A stretch of 64,000 bases of DNA, from contig OZ024761.1 in NCBI GenBank assembly GCA_964016885.1, positions 5,022,001-5,086,000 on the forward strand, written 5' to 3'. The DNA comes from Eledone cirrhosa. Its lineage: Eukaryota. Shown piece by piece: positions 1 through 12,576 of the stretch. Position 1 is the first letter of the stretch. Every line of letters begins with the position of its first letter. The translations under genes and the position numbers were made by a program. The notes under the pieces are model-generated. The model saw nothing but the letters and a program-made list of their open reading frames with translations, had not been told where the DNA came from and searched no databases.

Positions 1-562
1 AAAAATAACAAACCTATATTGGCAATGGCCGTGACACCCGGACAAATTTTAAATCTGTTTGACAAATTTCAAATTTGTTTCGCAACAATTAAGTGAAAGT
101 TACTATTCCTGTGCTCTTCTGCAGGTATCCAGAAATTGGTACCTTCCACTTCAAAATACTTAAGAAGACTGAGAAACATGTGTTGTTGAACGCACGTGTG
201 TCAGCGCCTAACTCTTTAAGCTATTTAATTGTAAAAGACTATTTCGAGTTTATAACTCAATATTTGATATTTATGGCTCCATGCGTTGAGCTAATTTTTT
301 AGTCCCATAAAACCGACTGCTATTTTTAGCGGCAGGGATATGAAACGAGTTAGGCGCTGGGACACACGTGCGTTCAACAACACATGTTTCTCAGTCTTCT
401 TAAGTATTTTGAAGTGGAAGGTACCAATTTCTGGATACCTGCAGAAGAGCACAGGAATAGTAACTTTCACTTAATTGTTGCGAAACAAATTTGAAATTTG
501 TCAAACAGATTTAAAATTTGTCCGGGTGTCACGGCCATTGCCAATATAGGTTTGTTATTTTT
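1..562. repeat. Long inverted repeat (arms ~1-213 and ~348-562), fold-back element, probably Penelope-like terminal inversion
   Basis: 1-213 is the near-exact reverse complement of 348-562 (AAAAATAACAAACCTATATTGGCAATGGCC... / ...GGCCATTGCCAATATAGGTTTGTTATTTTT). The left arm may run off the window. Confidence 0.85.
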
Positions 563-954
563 ATTGATTTATTATTTTAAATCGAGACCGGCAAACCATA
601 TTATGTTAAATTAGTAATCTTTCAACCTAGCTAATTTGGTCATTTGCAATCTGAACACTTCTATAATTGTATAGATGTTCATCTCTCATATATTCACTTG
701 TATTACACGGCTCAGAAATATTCCCTTCTTTGAGCTATTTAATTGTAAAAAACTATTTCGAGTTTATAACTCAATATTTGATATGTATATATATGTATAT
801 ATATATATATATATGTATTTATATGTATATATATATGCATGTGTATATGTTTTTCAAGAGATGTCAACATGAATGGACCTATTATTTTTATCTAAAGACA
901 TTTTTTCCAATTCCTTCCCACCTGTCCCCTTAATCTATTTTATTTCTCATTCTT

Positions 955-990
955 TCTTCTGATGAAGGACTAGCGTCCGAAACGTTAAGA
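955..990 (+). ncRNA. Minimal type I hammerhead ribozyme (Penelope-like element type)
   Basis: TCTT-CTGATGA-A-GGAC(TAGC)GTCC-GAAAC-GTT-AAGA: intact core, stem II GGAC/GTCC, stem I TCTT/AAGA, palindromic ACGT in place of stem III. Confidence 0.8.
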
Positions 991-1074
991 CCCTCTTCCT
1001 GCTATATCAATCGTTAACCTAATATATACCTTCCATATACTGTACTGATTGTGTTGTTATTTCTGTTTACCTTT

Positions 1075-1106
<32 letters not shown>

Positions 1107-1113
<7 letters not shown>

Positions 1114-1596
1114 CGTAGTTAAGAAAGCCACAACAATGCAGAGGGAAATCTCGAGGTAGGAAGTGAAAGATAGATAGGAAAAACAGGTGAAAGTGAAAAT
1201 TGAGAGAGACAAAGATGAAAACAAAACAAAGGTAGAAGGGTTACCGTAGTGGAGATTTAATCCCAATATTTCGGGCTCACGCCCATCAACGGGGGAAAGT
1301 TCCAAAAGGGGGGGAACAGGCCAAGCGGAGATCCTCATAACGGCATTCCTGTCTTAACGACATCACAACTTTCTCCGCTTGGCCTGTTCCCCCCCTTTTG
1401 GAACTTTCCCCCGTTGATGGGCGTGAGCCCGAAATATTGGGATTAAATCTCCACTACGGTAACCCTTCTACCTTTGTTTTGTTTTCATCTTTGTCTCTCT
1501 CAATTTTCAGTTTCACCTGTTTCTCTTATCTATCTTTCACTTCCTACCTCGAGATTTCCCTCTGCATTGTTGTGGCTTTCTTAACTACGTATTTTA
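1107..1596. mobile_element. Fold-back Penelope-like tail (inverted arms 1107-1331 / 1372-1596) next to (TA)n
   Basis: About 225-bp arms are near-perfect reverse complements (the same peptide appears in ORFs 1057-1338 - and 1398-1730 +). Each arm carries a hammerhead-like motif. Confidence 0.75.
1407..1442 (+). ncRNA. Hammerhead-like motif with variant core CCGUUGA (mirror copy 1261-1296 on -)
   Basis: TCCC-CCGTTGA-T-GGGC(GTGA)GCCC-GAAA-TATT-GGGA: stems I and II and GAAA intact, two core substitutions relative to CUGANGA. Confidence 0.6.
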
Positions 1597-1984
1597 CACA
1601 TTTCACAATGCTTCAAGCAAACTTTAACACCCTCATATATATATATATATATATATATAGTGAAAGAGTGAAGAATAACATGGTCAAGAAACCTCTTGTT
1701 GAATCAAACAATGCCGTACGCTTAAACTAGCCAGAATACGGAGTACTCACAACCTCTAACTGGATTACCTATAACGATAACTTGTTATCCCTTATATATA
1801 TAAGGGATAACATTAGTGCGGCAGAAACTCTAGTCCGGGAACATTATAGGCACCCGTTTTACGTGTGTTGTGTTGAGGCAAATAACTATGTGTATACTCT
1901 GGTAATGTATCTTACATTGCCCATTGAGTGCGCTGAGATATAACCGGTACTGGCATTGATTAATATGCTGGGTCCGTCAACCCT

Positions 1985-2027
<43 letters not shown>

Positions 2028-2126
2028 TGTTGAAGTTTCCGTGGAAAAAGTAAAAGGAATGAAGAGTGCTCTATGTAAGTAACAGAGCTAAATATTTAAT
2101 GTATAATAAACAACACAGTATAATTA

Positions 2127-2194
2127 CCTCATTACCCAGGGTTTCCCGAACAGGACGAACACAAGAGACGTCCGCATTTGTTCGTCAGATAAGG
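2127..2194 (-). ncRNA. Type I hammerhead ribozyme with long stem II
   Basis: Minus strand CCTTAT-CTGACGA-...GGACG..CGTCC...-GAAA-CCC-T-GG-GTA-ATGAGG; stem I CCTTAT/ATGAGG, stem III ACCC/GGGT, GUA cleavage triplet. Confidence 0.75.
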
Positions 2195-2278
2195 CAATAT
2201 AACATAATTATATATATAAATATATATATATATATACATATGTAGGTATGTATATATATATATATATATATATGTATA

Positions 2279-3575
2279 CAGGGTGCGGACAATATTTGTT
2301 CGCAAGATTACTGTCTAGGAAAAAGTAACACAGTAGTTATATTTTTTAAGGTATATTTATCAAACTTGGGTCAGTTTGGCTTCATGACTTGTTCTTTCGA
2401 TCTCACTCGATAAACCCGCCATTGGGTTTGATGACGGCCTCAAGGCGGCTTTGGAACTGGCTACAGGCCTTCGTCACTGTCCCCCGACTTAGGCCCCTAA
2501 AGGCACTTGTGATTCTGGCCTTCAGATCATCTTTCGTATTGCAGCTAGATGTGTTGGTGTCTCGTTCCACTGCGCCCCACACAAAGAAGTCGAGGGGATT
2601 GCAGTCAGGTGAGCTGGGAGGCTAGATGTCAGGTGACGTGTGGTCGACGAAGTTCTCTGACAGCCAGGCTTGGGTTTTTTGGCTGGTATGGCAGGGCGCT
2701 GAGTCTTGCTGCCACACGTACGGCCTACCTGCAGCTATCTGGTCGATCCAGGGCTTTACTACCTCGCTCAGAACACGGATGTAATCATCAGTGTTCAGCT
2801 TGAGGCCCTCAGGGAAGAAGTGAGGTGGCATGATGTCACCTTGACTGCTGACGACACCTAAGACCAATGTTGTCGCTGAAACTTTGTCTGCATGACTCTG
2901 GGCACGTCTTTGGATGAGACAGCGAGCCACCTGTTGTTCTGGGAGTTGATCTGCTGGTCTTGGCAGAAGTTTTTCCCGTCGGAGAAAAACCACACCATGC
3001 CTGGCTCCAGTGGGTGTTTCAACTTGTTGATCAGCTTCTTTGCGTGCTTCAGTCGCTTTTCTTGCATCTCCTTTGACAGAAATTGTCCTTTCTTCATCTT
3101 GTATGAAACGTAGCGAATATCTTCATGTACCACCAGCCAAATGAGCTTTTCATCCACGCCTTTCTCCCTTGCAATGGCACGCATCGACTTGCTAGGTTCA
3201 TTGTTGATGATATCCTGAACTTCAGCGATGAACTTGGGCGTTCTGAAGGCGTCAGATCGTGTGTTTTCCTCTCTGATGTTGCTTCGTAGTCGAATCCTGA
3301 ATCTTAAAATTCCTTTCTGACCTTTTCCACCATTCTCCTGCTGGCGCTGAGAAAGTCTGAAATTTCTTTATTTGTCCTCCCGGCACGGATTCCAAGAACT
3401 CTGTGTCTCTTCCACAAATTTGGAGGTTCAAAATTATTCATAATCAATTATTCTGAAAATAAATAATGGAAAATATAATCACTGTTTTTATGAAGACAAG
3501 AGTGACAACGGAAGTAAAAAGAATTGGCATAAAATTAGCAGTTGAAAATTGCGAACAAATATCGTCCACACCCTG
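2279..3575 (-). mobile_element. Tc1/mariner-superfamily DNA transposon, DD37D (maT) group, ~1.3 kb
   Basis: TIRs CAGGGTGCGGACAATATTTGTTCGCAA / TTGCGAACAAATATCGTCCACACCCTG, TA on both sides, internal transposase. Confidence 0.92.
2403..3441 (-). pseudogene. Disrupted DD37D transposase
   Basis: Motifs WFFSDGKNF, WQQDSAPCH and PPSSPDCNPLDF, with 37 residues between the 2nd and 3rd catalytic D. In-frame stop (DI*PP) and frameshifts are present. Confidence 0.88.
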
Positions 3576-3782
3576 TATATATATATATATCATCATCATC
3601 GCTTAACATCCATCTTCCACGCTAGATATAGTACCACTACTACCATGAAGCAAGTTGATTCGGGTGACCATGTCTCACTCATATAGGACTGTTTCTAACT
3701 AGATATATATATATATATATTTTTTTTTTTATCATCATCATCATCGTTTAACATCTATCTTCCATGCTAGCATGGGTTGGAC

Positions 3783-3854
<72 letters not shown>

Positions 3855-4009
3855 AGAAACGATTATTAGGAAGACAAATTTTTTTTTTCCGTTATTTTTT
3901 TCCAGGGTTAGAAAATGTTTAAAACAAATTATTTTACTTTCTGTGAAGTGTCAAAATATTAATTTATTTATTTATTAATTAACAATAACATTAATTTATT
4001 TATTTATTA

Positions 4010-4040
<31 letters not shown>

Positions 4041-4413
4041 CACATTCACTTTATATTGTTTCTGTTGCATGGTTTAACTAATGGATAGATCTAGTCATTC
4101 TGATTAGCAGACCATGATACAATAAGCAGACCATGATGTAATAAACTAACGCATTCAATGCATACCTTACATCTTTATTTATTCAAATGTTTTTTTTACC
4201 CAGCCCACAATAGTCATTTGTGTAGAATAATATAGACATAATCCACACATCATTTACTCCAAACAATCTCCACTCAACAGTCAAATATGTAATACCAATT
4301 ACACAGCACATAGACACACTACATAACAAAACATATGACGTAACACTATGAAATACCACCAGAAACAACAAAACAAATCTACACAGCAAAGCTAATCTTA
4401 TCTATATATCTAA

Positions 4414-5400
4414 CTAATGTATTGGTATGCGATGGGGCCCACCCACAGCCCGGGCGGACAGAATGGAGAAGGCATTTCCCCGGAGGGCGGCAAGGGAGAC
4501 GCGCTGGAAAAGCCACTCCAACTCGCGGGGCTCACACCTGCAGCTGGCCAGCTCAGCGCCTATGGTGGTGAGTAAGGAGGTAGCCCTGGGGCTGAGGACA
4601 CCAGAAGTCTCCACTTCCAGGAAAACGACCGCAAACCTGTTGGAGAGCGACCAGTATTTGAGCAGTTTGGCCCCCTCAGCCCGACGTGCAGCATAATCTG
4701 GGTCAGTCGCAGATTACACCAGGTTGCAGCTGCAGAAAGTGTCTGTGCAAGTGGCATCCCAGACGAGGGGTTTGCCACTGCGGAACGGGAAGATGGTCAT
4801 GCCATCTGGCCTTTTGCCGTCCCCTCGATCCAGACCCACCGGCTCAAGCTGGGAAGGGAAGCCTGCAGCGTCCAAGCCATGCTTAATGACCTCGTTCAGG
4901 GCAGCATGGTGTGGAATGCGGCCGGCACTGTGGCGACAGGAAAGCGGATGGAGGCCGAAAGAGTCCACGGTGGAACCGCAGCGACATTGGTGTGGCTGGC
5001 AGATCCAGAAGCCGAGCCTCAGGGAAATGCCGATGCGCAGGCTATGGTTGTCTAGCTGTGTGCCAGTGGAGAAGCAGGGCAGGGCATAGAGCCAGGTACC
5101 ACTGTGGCGTTTGGAGGCCGCACGAAAACAAGCAAGGCAGTGCTGGTCGAGCTGGCGCGTGAGCCTGTCTGAGGCCAGGCTGCACTGGATGGCATCCCAA
5201 GTGTGTTGGGGGGAGGGGACTTGACGTCAACAGGGGGAGAAGGAGGAGGGACGTCTACTGGGCTGAATCCCAGCCGGTCCCACATCTCACAGGCGGTCTC
5301 ACATTCTCTGAACACAGAGGGTTCTGTTGTGTTTTGAAGAACCCTGCTGACAAGGATGTAGCACGAGGTTACCGACGAAAGATACGCTGGCAAAGTGAGA
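4414..5400 (-). mobile_element. 3' fragment of a CRE-like non-LTR retrotransposon (Zn knuckle plus restriction-like endonuclease)
   Basis: GC-rich island. Minus-strand peptides GLHPLSC..GRIPHHAALN, GKRPDGMTIFPFRSGKPLVWDATCTDT and WLFQRVSLAALRGNA are typical of RLE-domain C-termini. Frameshifted. Confidence 0.8.
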
Positions 5401-5479
5401 TCGATCCTCTGGTTGTTGCAGAAATGAAGTTAATTACTTCAATGAAAGTAGAGGATCAGATTTTAATATATTCCTTTAA

Positions 5480-5800
5480 CCCTTTAGCATTTAAACTGGC
5501 CATATCTGGCCCATATTCTCTCACCTCTTTCTGTTCAAACCAGCTATAACCAGCTACTCATACTGATGTTAAGGTATTTTAAGGGAGACAAAGATTTAAA
5601 CTGGCCATATCTGGTCAATATTCTCTCACCTCTTTCTGTTCAAACCAGCTATAACCAGCTACTCATACTGATGTTAAGGTATTTTAAGGGAGACAAAGAT
5701 TTAAACTGGCCATATCTGGCCAATATTCTCTCACCTCTTTCTGTTCAAACCGGCTGTAACCAGCTACTCATACTGATGTTAAGGTATTTTAGGGGGAAAC
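5480..5800. repeat. piggyBac-type MITE end followed by ~102-bp unit triplication
   Basis: TTAA-CCCTTTAGCATTTAAACTGGCCATATC start, the same as other copies in the window; unit repeated 3 times. Confidence 0.6.
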
Positions 5801-5856
5801 AAAGTTTTAAACTATATGTTGAGATGCTTTGGGAGTGAAATAAATGTGTATATATA

Positions 5857-5889
<33 letters not shown>

Positions 5890-5896
5890 GTGTGTG

Positions 5897-7655
5897 TCAT
5901 CAACATCATCATTTAATGTCTATCTTCCACGCTAGCATGGGTTTGGACGGGAATTTTCCCACTTGAGGCAAGATTGGTTGTCTTGCTCGTATAAGACTGT
6001 CTGGCAGGTTTTCTACAGCTGGATGCCCTTCTTAACACCAACTACGTTTAGTGTGGACTGGGAGGTTTTTACCCTGTTACCTACACGGCCACATTACAAC
6101 GTGGACTGTGTGTTTTTTTGTCGTGACACCTACACGACCTCATTTATTTCGGACTGGATGTTGTGGTACCAACATAACTTTACATCGAAAGGGGTGGTGT
6201 GGATGGGGTGGGGGTAGTGGGACGGGGGTGTATTTTTGTTAAGAGGTGCCTACTGACTGTAGGTTTCGCTTTGTACTTAGGTAAGGCGGGTCTTCTGTAT
6301 TACTATGTAGCGCCAAAGATCTCAGTCCAGTGACATTGTCTTGGAGAGGTGTAAGTGTGTGAGGTCGGAATTTATCAAGTAGTCCCAGGTTTTTCTGGGT
6401 CTGCCTACTCCGTGGCTACCGTCTATTTTTATCGCCCTGCACTTTTTTATACACCTGTCGTCTTTCATGCGCATCACGTGACCATACCAACATAGTCTTC
6501 TCTCCAGTAAACAACATCTGATCCCTCTTATTCCTAAATTTCTCCCTTAGTTCATTTATGCTTTGCCGTTCACGTATATTACTATTACACATCCAGCGGA
6601 GCATGCAAGCTTCGTTCCTCTCCAGTCTGCGTATATCCTCTGCACACAATTCCCAAGTCTCACTGCCATGTAACATTGCTGTTCGTATGCAGGCATCATA
6701 CAGCCTGCCTTTCATTTTTAGAGAGAACCCTTTAGCGGCCAATAGTGGTATAAGCTCTCTGAACTTTTTCCATCCCGTTCTGACTCTAGCTACTGTACTT
6801 TCAGAGCACCCTCCACCACTGCTGATTTTGTCACACAGGTAACGGAAGGTGTCCACTATTTCTATAGAACCATCTGTGCAATGGAATGAGCTAGTATTCT
6901 GTGGGCACTTGCTGCTACTTATTGCACCTGAGCACCGGCCACATATAAAATCTATATTCTTAGTTAGCTTACCTGTGATCCCACTACATCTTTTATGCAC
7001 CCATACTTTGCATTTGGGACATAAAATGGAGTTTCTGCCTACTCCTTTCCTACACACTGAGCATGGCCATTTCCCAGGTGGGACCGGTGCCCTATTTTCC
7101 TTCCTACAAACTAGAACTTTACTCTCAGACAGGTTAATTTTAAGGCCTTTTGATTCTAGGCCATGCTTCCATGTTTAGAATTTCTTCTCTAGTTCAGCCA
7201 TTGATTCAGCTATGAGCGTTAGATCATCTGCGTATAGGAGTTCCCATGGGCAGCCGGTCTTGAACTCCTCTGTTATAGCCTGAAGGGCAATAATAATAGT
7301 AGGGGGCTAAGAAAGGAGCCCTGGTGAACACCAACCTTTACGCTAAACTCTTCACTATATTCGTTGTTAATTCTAACCTTGCTGACTGTTTCTTTATACA
7401 TGGCTTGTATAGCTCTCACAAGCCATTCATCAACACCTAGTTTTCTAAGAGCCCACCAGATAATGGAGCAGGGGACTCTGTCAAAGGCTTTCTCCAAGTC
7501 AACAAAAGCTAAGTATAGGGGTTTACTTTTAGCTAGGTACTTCTCCTGTAGTTGTCGTACAATGAAAAGAGCGTCTGTTGTACTTTTACCTGACACAAAC
7601 CCGAACTGCATTTCATTTAAATCAATTCGCTCCCTGATTAGTTGCGCTATTACTT
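5897..7655 (-). mobile_element. RTE-clade LINE, 5'-truncated (RT, PHD-like finger, 3' tail ending in (GAT)n)
   Basis: LAFVDLEKAFDRV, GVHQGS, LYADDL, CRK..CPKCKVWVHKRC..CGRC; nearly identical to the copy at 32290-33690. Confidence 0.9.
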
Positions 7656-7659
7656 TTTA

Positions 7660-8045
7660 TATGTGTCTGTGTATATATATGTGTGTGTGTGTATATATAT
7701 ATATGTGTGTGTATATATATATATATATGTGTGTGTGTATATATATATATATGTGTGTGTATATATATATATATATATGTGTGTGTGTATATATATATAT
7801 GTGTGTGTATATATATATATATATGTGTGTGTGTATATATATATATGTGTGTGTATATATATATATATATGTGTGTGTGTATATATATATATGTGTGTGT
7901 GTATATATGTGTATATATATATGTGTGTGTGTGTATATTTAAATCAATTCGCTCCCTGATTAGTTGCGCTATTACTTTTTATGTGTCTGTGTATATATAT
8001 GTGTGTGTGTCTATATATATATATGTGTGTATATATATATATATA

Positions 8046-8090
<45 letters not shown>

Positions 8091-8149
8091 ATATATATAT
8101 GTGTGTGTGTGTATATATATATGTGTGTGTGTGTATATATATGTGTCTG

Positions 8150-8180
<31 letters not shown>

Positions 8181-8369
8181 ATATATATATGTGTGTGTGT
8201 ATATATATGTGTGCGTGTGTGTGTATATATATATATATATGTGTGTTTATATACATATGTGTGTGTGTATATATGTGTGTGTGTATAAATGTGTGTTTAT
8301 GTATATATGTGTGTGTGTATATATATATATATATAGGTGTATATATATATGTGTATGTATACATATATA

Positions 8370-8400
<31 letters not shown>

Positions 8401-8427
8401 GTGTGTGTGTGTATATATATGTGTGTG

Positions 8428-8462
<35 letters not shown>

Positions 8463-8644
8463 CTATATGTGTGTGTGTATTTATATATATGTGTGTATAT
8501 ATATATATATGTGTGTGTGTATATATATATGTGTGTGTGTATATATATATATGTGTGTGTGTATGTATATATATATGTGTGTGTGTATATATATATATGT
8601 GTGTATATATATATGCGTGTGTGTATATATATATATATGTGTGC

Positions 8645-8684
<40 letters not shown>

Positions 8685-8785
8685 GTGTGCGTGTGTATAT
8701 ATGTATGTGTGTATATATGTGTGTGTGTATATATATATATGTGTATGTGTGTGTGTGTATATATATATATATATGTGTATGTGTG
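7660..8785. repeat. Compound (TA)n/(TG)n microsatellite, ~1.1 kb
   Basis: Alternating TA and TG runs; includes a duplicated 40-bp RTE junction (TTTAAATCAATTCGCTCCCTGATTAG) near 7938. Confidence 0.95.
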
Positions 8786-10187
8786 TCTCCAGAACACAAC
8801 ATTTGATACCTCTTATGTTTACTCTCTCTCTCAATTCGTTTATGCTTCACCATTCGTGCACATTAGTATTACACATCCATCGGAGCACGCATGCTTCATT
8901 TCTTTCTAATCTACACAAGTCTTCAGCACACGACACCCAAGTCTCACTACCATGTAATATCGCCATTTGTATACAAGCATCATACAATCTGCCTTTCACT
9001 TTTAGAGAAAAACCCCTTGTGGCCAACAGCGGTATTAGCTCTCTGAACTTTTTCCATCCCATTCTAACTCTGGCTACTACACTTTCAGAACACCCTCCTC
9101 CACTGCTGATTTTGTCAACGGAAAGTGTCTACTATTTCTATAGAACCATCTGGGCAGTTGAAGGAGATAGCATCCAGTGGGTCCTTGCTACTTACTGCAA
9201 CTGAGCATCAGCCACATATAAAATCTACATTCTTAGAAAGCTTGCCTGTGATCCCACTACATCTTTTATGTACCCATAGTTTGCATTTGGGGCATAACAT
9301 GGAATTGCTACCTACTCCTTTCTTACACACTAAGCATGGCCATTTCCCAGATGGTACCTGTGCCCTATTCTCCTTTCTACATACTAGAACCTTAGTCTTA
9401 GACAAGTTGACTCTAAGGCCTTTTGATTCTAGGCCATGCTTCCATGTTTCAAATTTCCTCTCTAGTTCAGCCATATATTCAGCTATGAGAGTTAGATCGT
9501 CTGCATGTAGAAGTTCCCATGGGCAGCCAGTCTTAAACCCTTCTGTTATAGCCTGTAGGACAATAATAAACAGGAGTGGGCTAAGGACGGATCCCTGGTG
9601 AACCCCTACTATTACTTTAAATTCTTGACTATATTCATTGTTAATTCTAACCTTGCTGACTGTTCCTCTATACATGACTTGTATAGCTCCCACAAGCCAT
9701 TCTTCCACTCCTAGTTTTCTAAGAGCCCACCAGATTAAGGTGCGTGGGACTCTGTCAAAGGCTTTCTCCAGGTCAACAAAAGCTAAGTAGAGGTGTTTAC
9801 TGTTAGCTAGGTACTTCTCCTGTCATTTTCGTACAAGGAAAAGAGCATCCGTTGTGCTTTTACTTGACACAAACCCAAACTGCATTTTATCTAGATCAAT
9901 TCGGTCCCTAATCAGTTGAGTAATAACTCTTTCTGTGACTTTCATGACTTGGTCAACTAATTTAATACCTCTATAGTTTCCTCTATCCAGGATGTCTCCT
10001 TTGCCCTTGTAACAGTTGACGATGATGCTGCTATGCCAGTCATTTGGTATGACTCCATTCTGTATTACTTGGTTTACTATCCAGGTGACCATGGTATGTC
10101 CCACCATTCCAGATACCTTCAACATTTCAGCAACTGTCCCCAAAGACCCAGCTACCTTGCCTGTCTTCATATCTCTGATTGCCTTAC
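8786..10187 (-). mobile_element. RTE-clade LINE fragment (second subfamily)
   Basis: KGKGDILDRGNYRGIKL, GVHQGSVLSPLLF, LHADDL, PHD-like CLVCKK..CPKCKLWVHKRC. Confidence 0.9.
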
Positions 10188-10350
10188 TATATATATATAT
10201 ATGTACATTTAAATTTGGTGGTTTACCACTGGGTAGAATTGGTCATTCTGCAATGTTAACCATGACAATATGAGAAAAGCACTCAACGTTATGCAACTCA
10301 TCCATTTTTGATGTTGAATCATGTTGGTGGTGTGGGAATGGAGTCAAAAA

Positions 10351-10683
10351 TATTATAAAGTAAAATAACAGGAGGCCAAATATGTTGAATTTCCTTAATT
10401 ATTTATTTCTGGAAACACTAGGCACATTTTGGTGGCCAGGTTGCCTAAGAACCTGGTGATATCTTCAGGTGGAAATTGGTTTTTTTCTTTGCTTTTTTTC
10501 CTTAAAGCCTCTTGGAATGTATTTACCATCATTCCATTGGTATACATCTATTATGCAATTTACACCTGAAGATGTCACCGGGTTCTTACACAACCTGACC
10601 ACTGAAATGTGCATAGTGTTTGAAGAAATAAATAATTGAGGAAATTCAACATATTTTGCCTCCTGTCATTTTACTTTATAATA
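10351..10683. mobile_element. Diverged fold-back Penelope-like tail (arms ~10351-10477 / ~10557-10683)
   Basis: Arms are imperfect reverse complements, each containing a hammerhead motif; the right arm ends in (TA)n. Confidence 0.7.
10562..10619 (+). ncRNA. Type I hammerhead ribozyme (degenerate mirror copy 10415-10470 -)
   Basis: ACAC-CTGAAGA-T-stem II-GAAA-TGTGC-ATA-GTGT; stem I ACAC/GTGT, AUA triplet. The mirror copy has GAAA mutated to AAAA. Confidence 0.7.
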
Positions 10684-10793
10684 TATATATATATATACTT
10701 AGGTTAATAGGAGTTAGGTATTATATACCCGTGTCCCATTAAGGTATTGGCAGCATAATAATTAGCTCTATGCTTTGGAGCCGTATATATGAT

Positions 10794-11133
10794 AAAGAAC
10801 ACAAGAGCGTCTACAACATCAAAAGATTTTTATTGGCTTACAATGTTTCTTCCTTACGTAACCGTAGGATTCGTCAGAGCTATAAAAGGGGTTTGATTGG
10901 TGTTATGGACTCTACCAACCAAACATTCAAGAACAAAGAGTAAAGAGAGTAAAGAGCAAAAGTAGGGGACGATAAGTCTAATTTTGGTGCGGGAGGGTGG
11001 GGTGTGGGTCCTTGTTTACTAGCTGCAGTCATATTCATTCCCGGGAGTCGGGTGGTTAGCTGAACCATAGATGGGGTGGCGTCGATAGTAGGGTGCAGAG
11101 GGTGTGCAGAGGCTACACACACACAAAGCGCAT

Positions 11134-11172
<39 letters not shown>

Positions 11173-11939
11173 CGGAGGAGAAAGTACATGAGGTAATTAG
11201 AAATGGAAAAAGAGTAATAATAATAATCTATAATTAATAGTGTATAATAAGGCATAGGGAAGATTACACTATAATAAGGTATAAAAGTAAGAATAAGGTA
11301 AAAAAAAAAAGGTAAGGTAAAAAAAAAGGTAAAAATCGGTTTTTTTACATTGTGTTTTCCCCTCCAAATATTCGCTTATATTTCTTTATATATTCTCTAT
11401 ATATATATTTTTTTATCTTTATTATTTCCACTTTTATCCTCCTTTATATTTTACCTTATTCTTACCTTTATACCTTATTATAGTGTAATCTTCCCCATGC
11501 CTTATTATACACTATTAATTATAGATTATTATTATTACTCTTTTTCCATTTCTAATTACCTCATGTACCTTCTCCTCCGCTATATGTATATATGTATTCT
11601 ACGCCCTTTGTGTTTGTGTAGCCTCTGCGCACCCTCTGCACCCTACTATCGACGCCACCCCATCTATGGTTCAGCTAACCACCCGACTCCCGGGAATGAA
11701 TATGACCGCAGCTAGTAAACAAGGACCCACACCCCACCCTCGCGCACCAAAATTAGACTTATCGTCCCCTGCTTTTGCTCTTTACTCTCTTTACTCTTTG
11801 TTCTTGAATGTTTGGTTGGTAGAGTCCATAACACCAATCAAACCCCTTTTATAGCTCTGACGAATCCTACGGTTACGTAAGGAAGAAACATTGTAAGCCA
11901 ATAAAAATCTTTTGATGTTGTAGACGCTCTTGTGTTCTT

Positions 11940-11940
<1 letters not shown>
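10794..11940. mobile_element. Large fold-back Penelope-like tail (arms ~10794-11303 / ~11449-11940), flanked by (TA)n
   Basis: About 500-bp arms are reverse complements (matching ORF peptides 10880-11137 - and 11666-11854 +), with a hammerhead near each outer end. Confidence 0.8.
11854..11898 (+). ncRNA. Type I hammerhead ribozyme (identical mirror copy 10836-10880 -)
   Basis: GCT-CTGACGA-A-TCCTACG(GTTA)CGTAAGGA-A-GAAAC-ATT-GTA-AGC; intact core, GUA triplet. Confidence 0.8.
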
Positions 11941-11983
<43 letters not shown>

Positions 11984-12316
11984 CGTTTCTGAATTTGTTT
12001 AGCAAGATTCTTTATCTGAAATCATGTGTTGAAACCGATATTGTTATACTTTGGGAGGGTCATGTTGCCAATAAGAAACACACGCACCAGTTGCTTTCAC
12101 TTCAATTTATTATATATTTATAAATTTATAAATTTACAAATCTACAAACTAATAAATTATAAATTTCTGGTTGGTTGGTTGGTTCCACAACCAGATAGTT
12201 GTTTATATATAGTCATATATATATATATATAGGTATTAGGGTGCAAATTAATTGTGTCCATAGGCAGTATGACAAATGAGCACTCAATGCTCTTGGGGAG
12301 CAGAGTATCAATAGCA

Positions 12317-12538
12317 TTAATATATAAGGGAACAAAGAATCAGTGTTGCATCATATACATATTTAATTACATATTACATATGTTTCACTGTTGATCAGCT
12401 CGCGAAACTTCCGATTCCAGAGTCAGGTTTGATCATTAATAGATCATACCTCGAGCTGATCGACAGTGAAACATATGTAATATATAATTAAATATGTATA
12501 TGATGTAATACTGATTCTTTGTTCCCTTATATATTAAT
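12317..12538. repeat. Inverted repeat (~85-bp arms) carrying the 3' half of a hammerhead
   Basis: 12317-12402 versus 12452-12538. Arms start CGAG-CTGATCGACAG-TGAAACATATGTA, so the 5' core is truncated. Confidence 0.65.
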
Positions 12539-12540
12539 AT

Positions 12541-12576
<36 letters not shown>

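Noticed and set aside
7364-8909. Many 100-400 aa ORFs of Y/I/C/V or H/T/Y
   Set aside because: Translations of (TA)/(TG) microsatellite, not genes.
12445-12485. Hammerhead candidate CGAG-CTGATCGACAG-TGAAACATATGTA
   Set aside because: The CUGA half of the core and stem I 5' strand are missing in both arms; a truncated relic.
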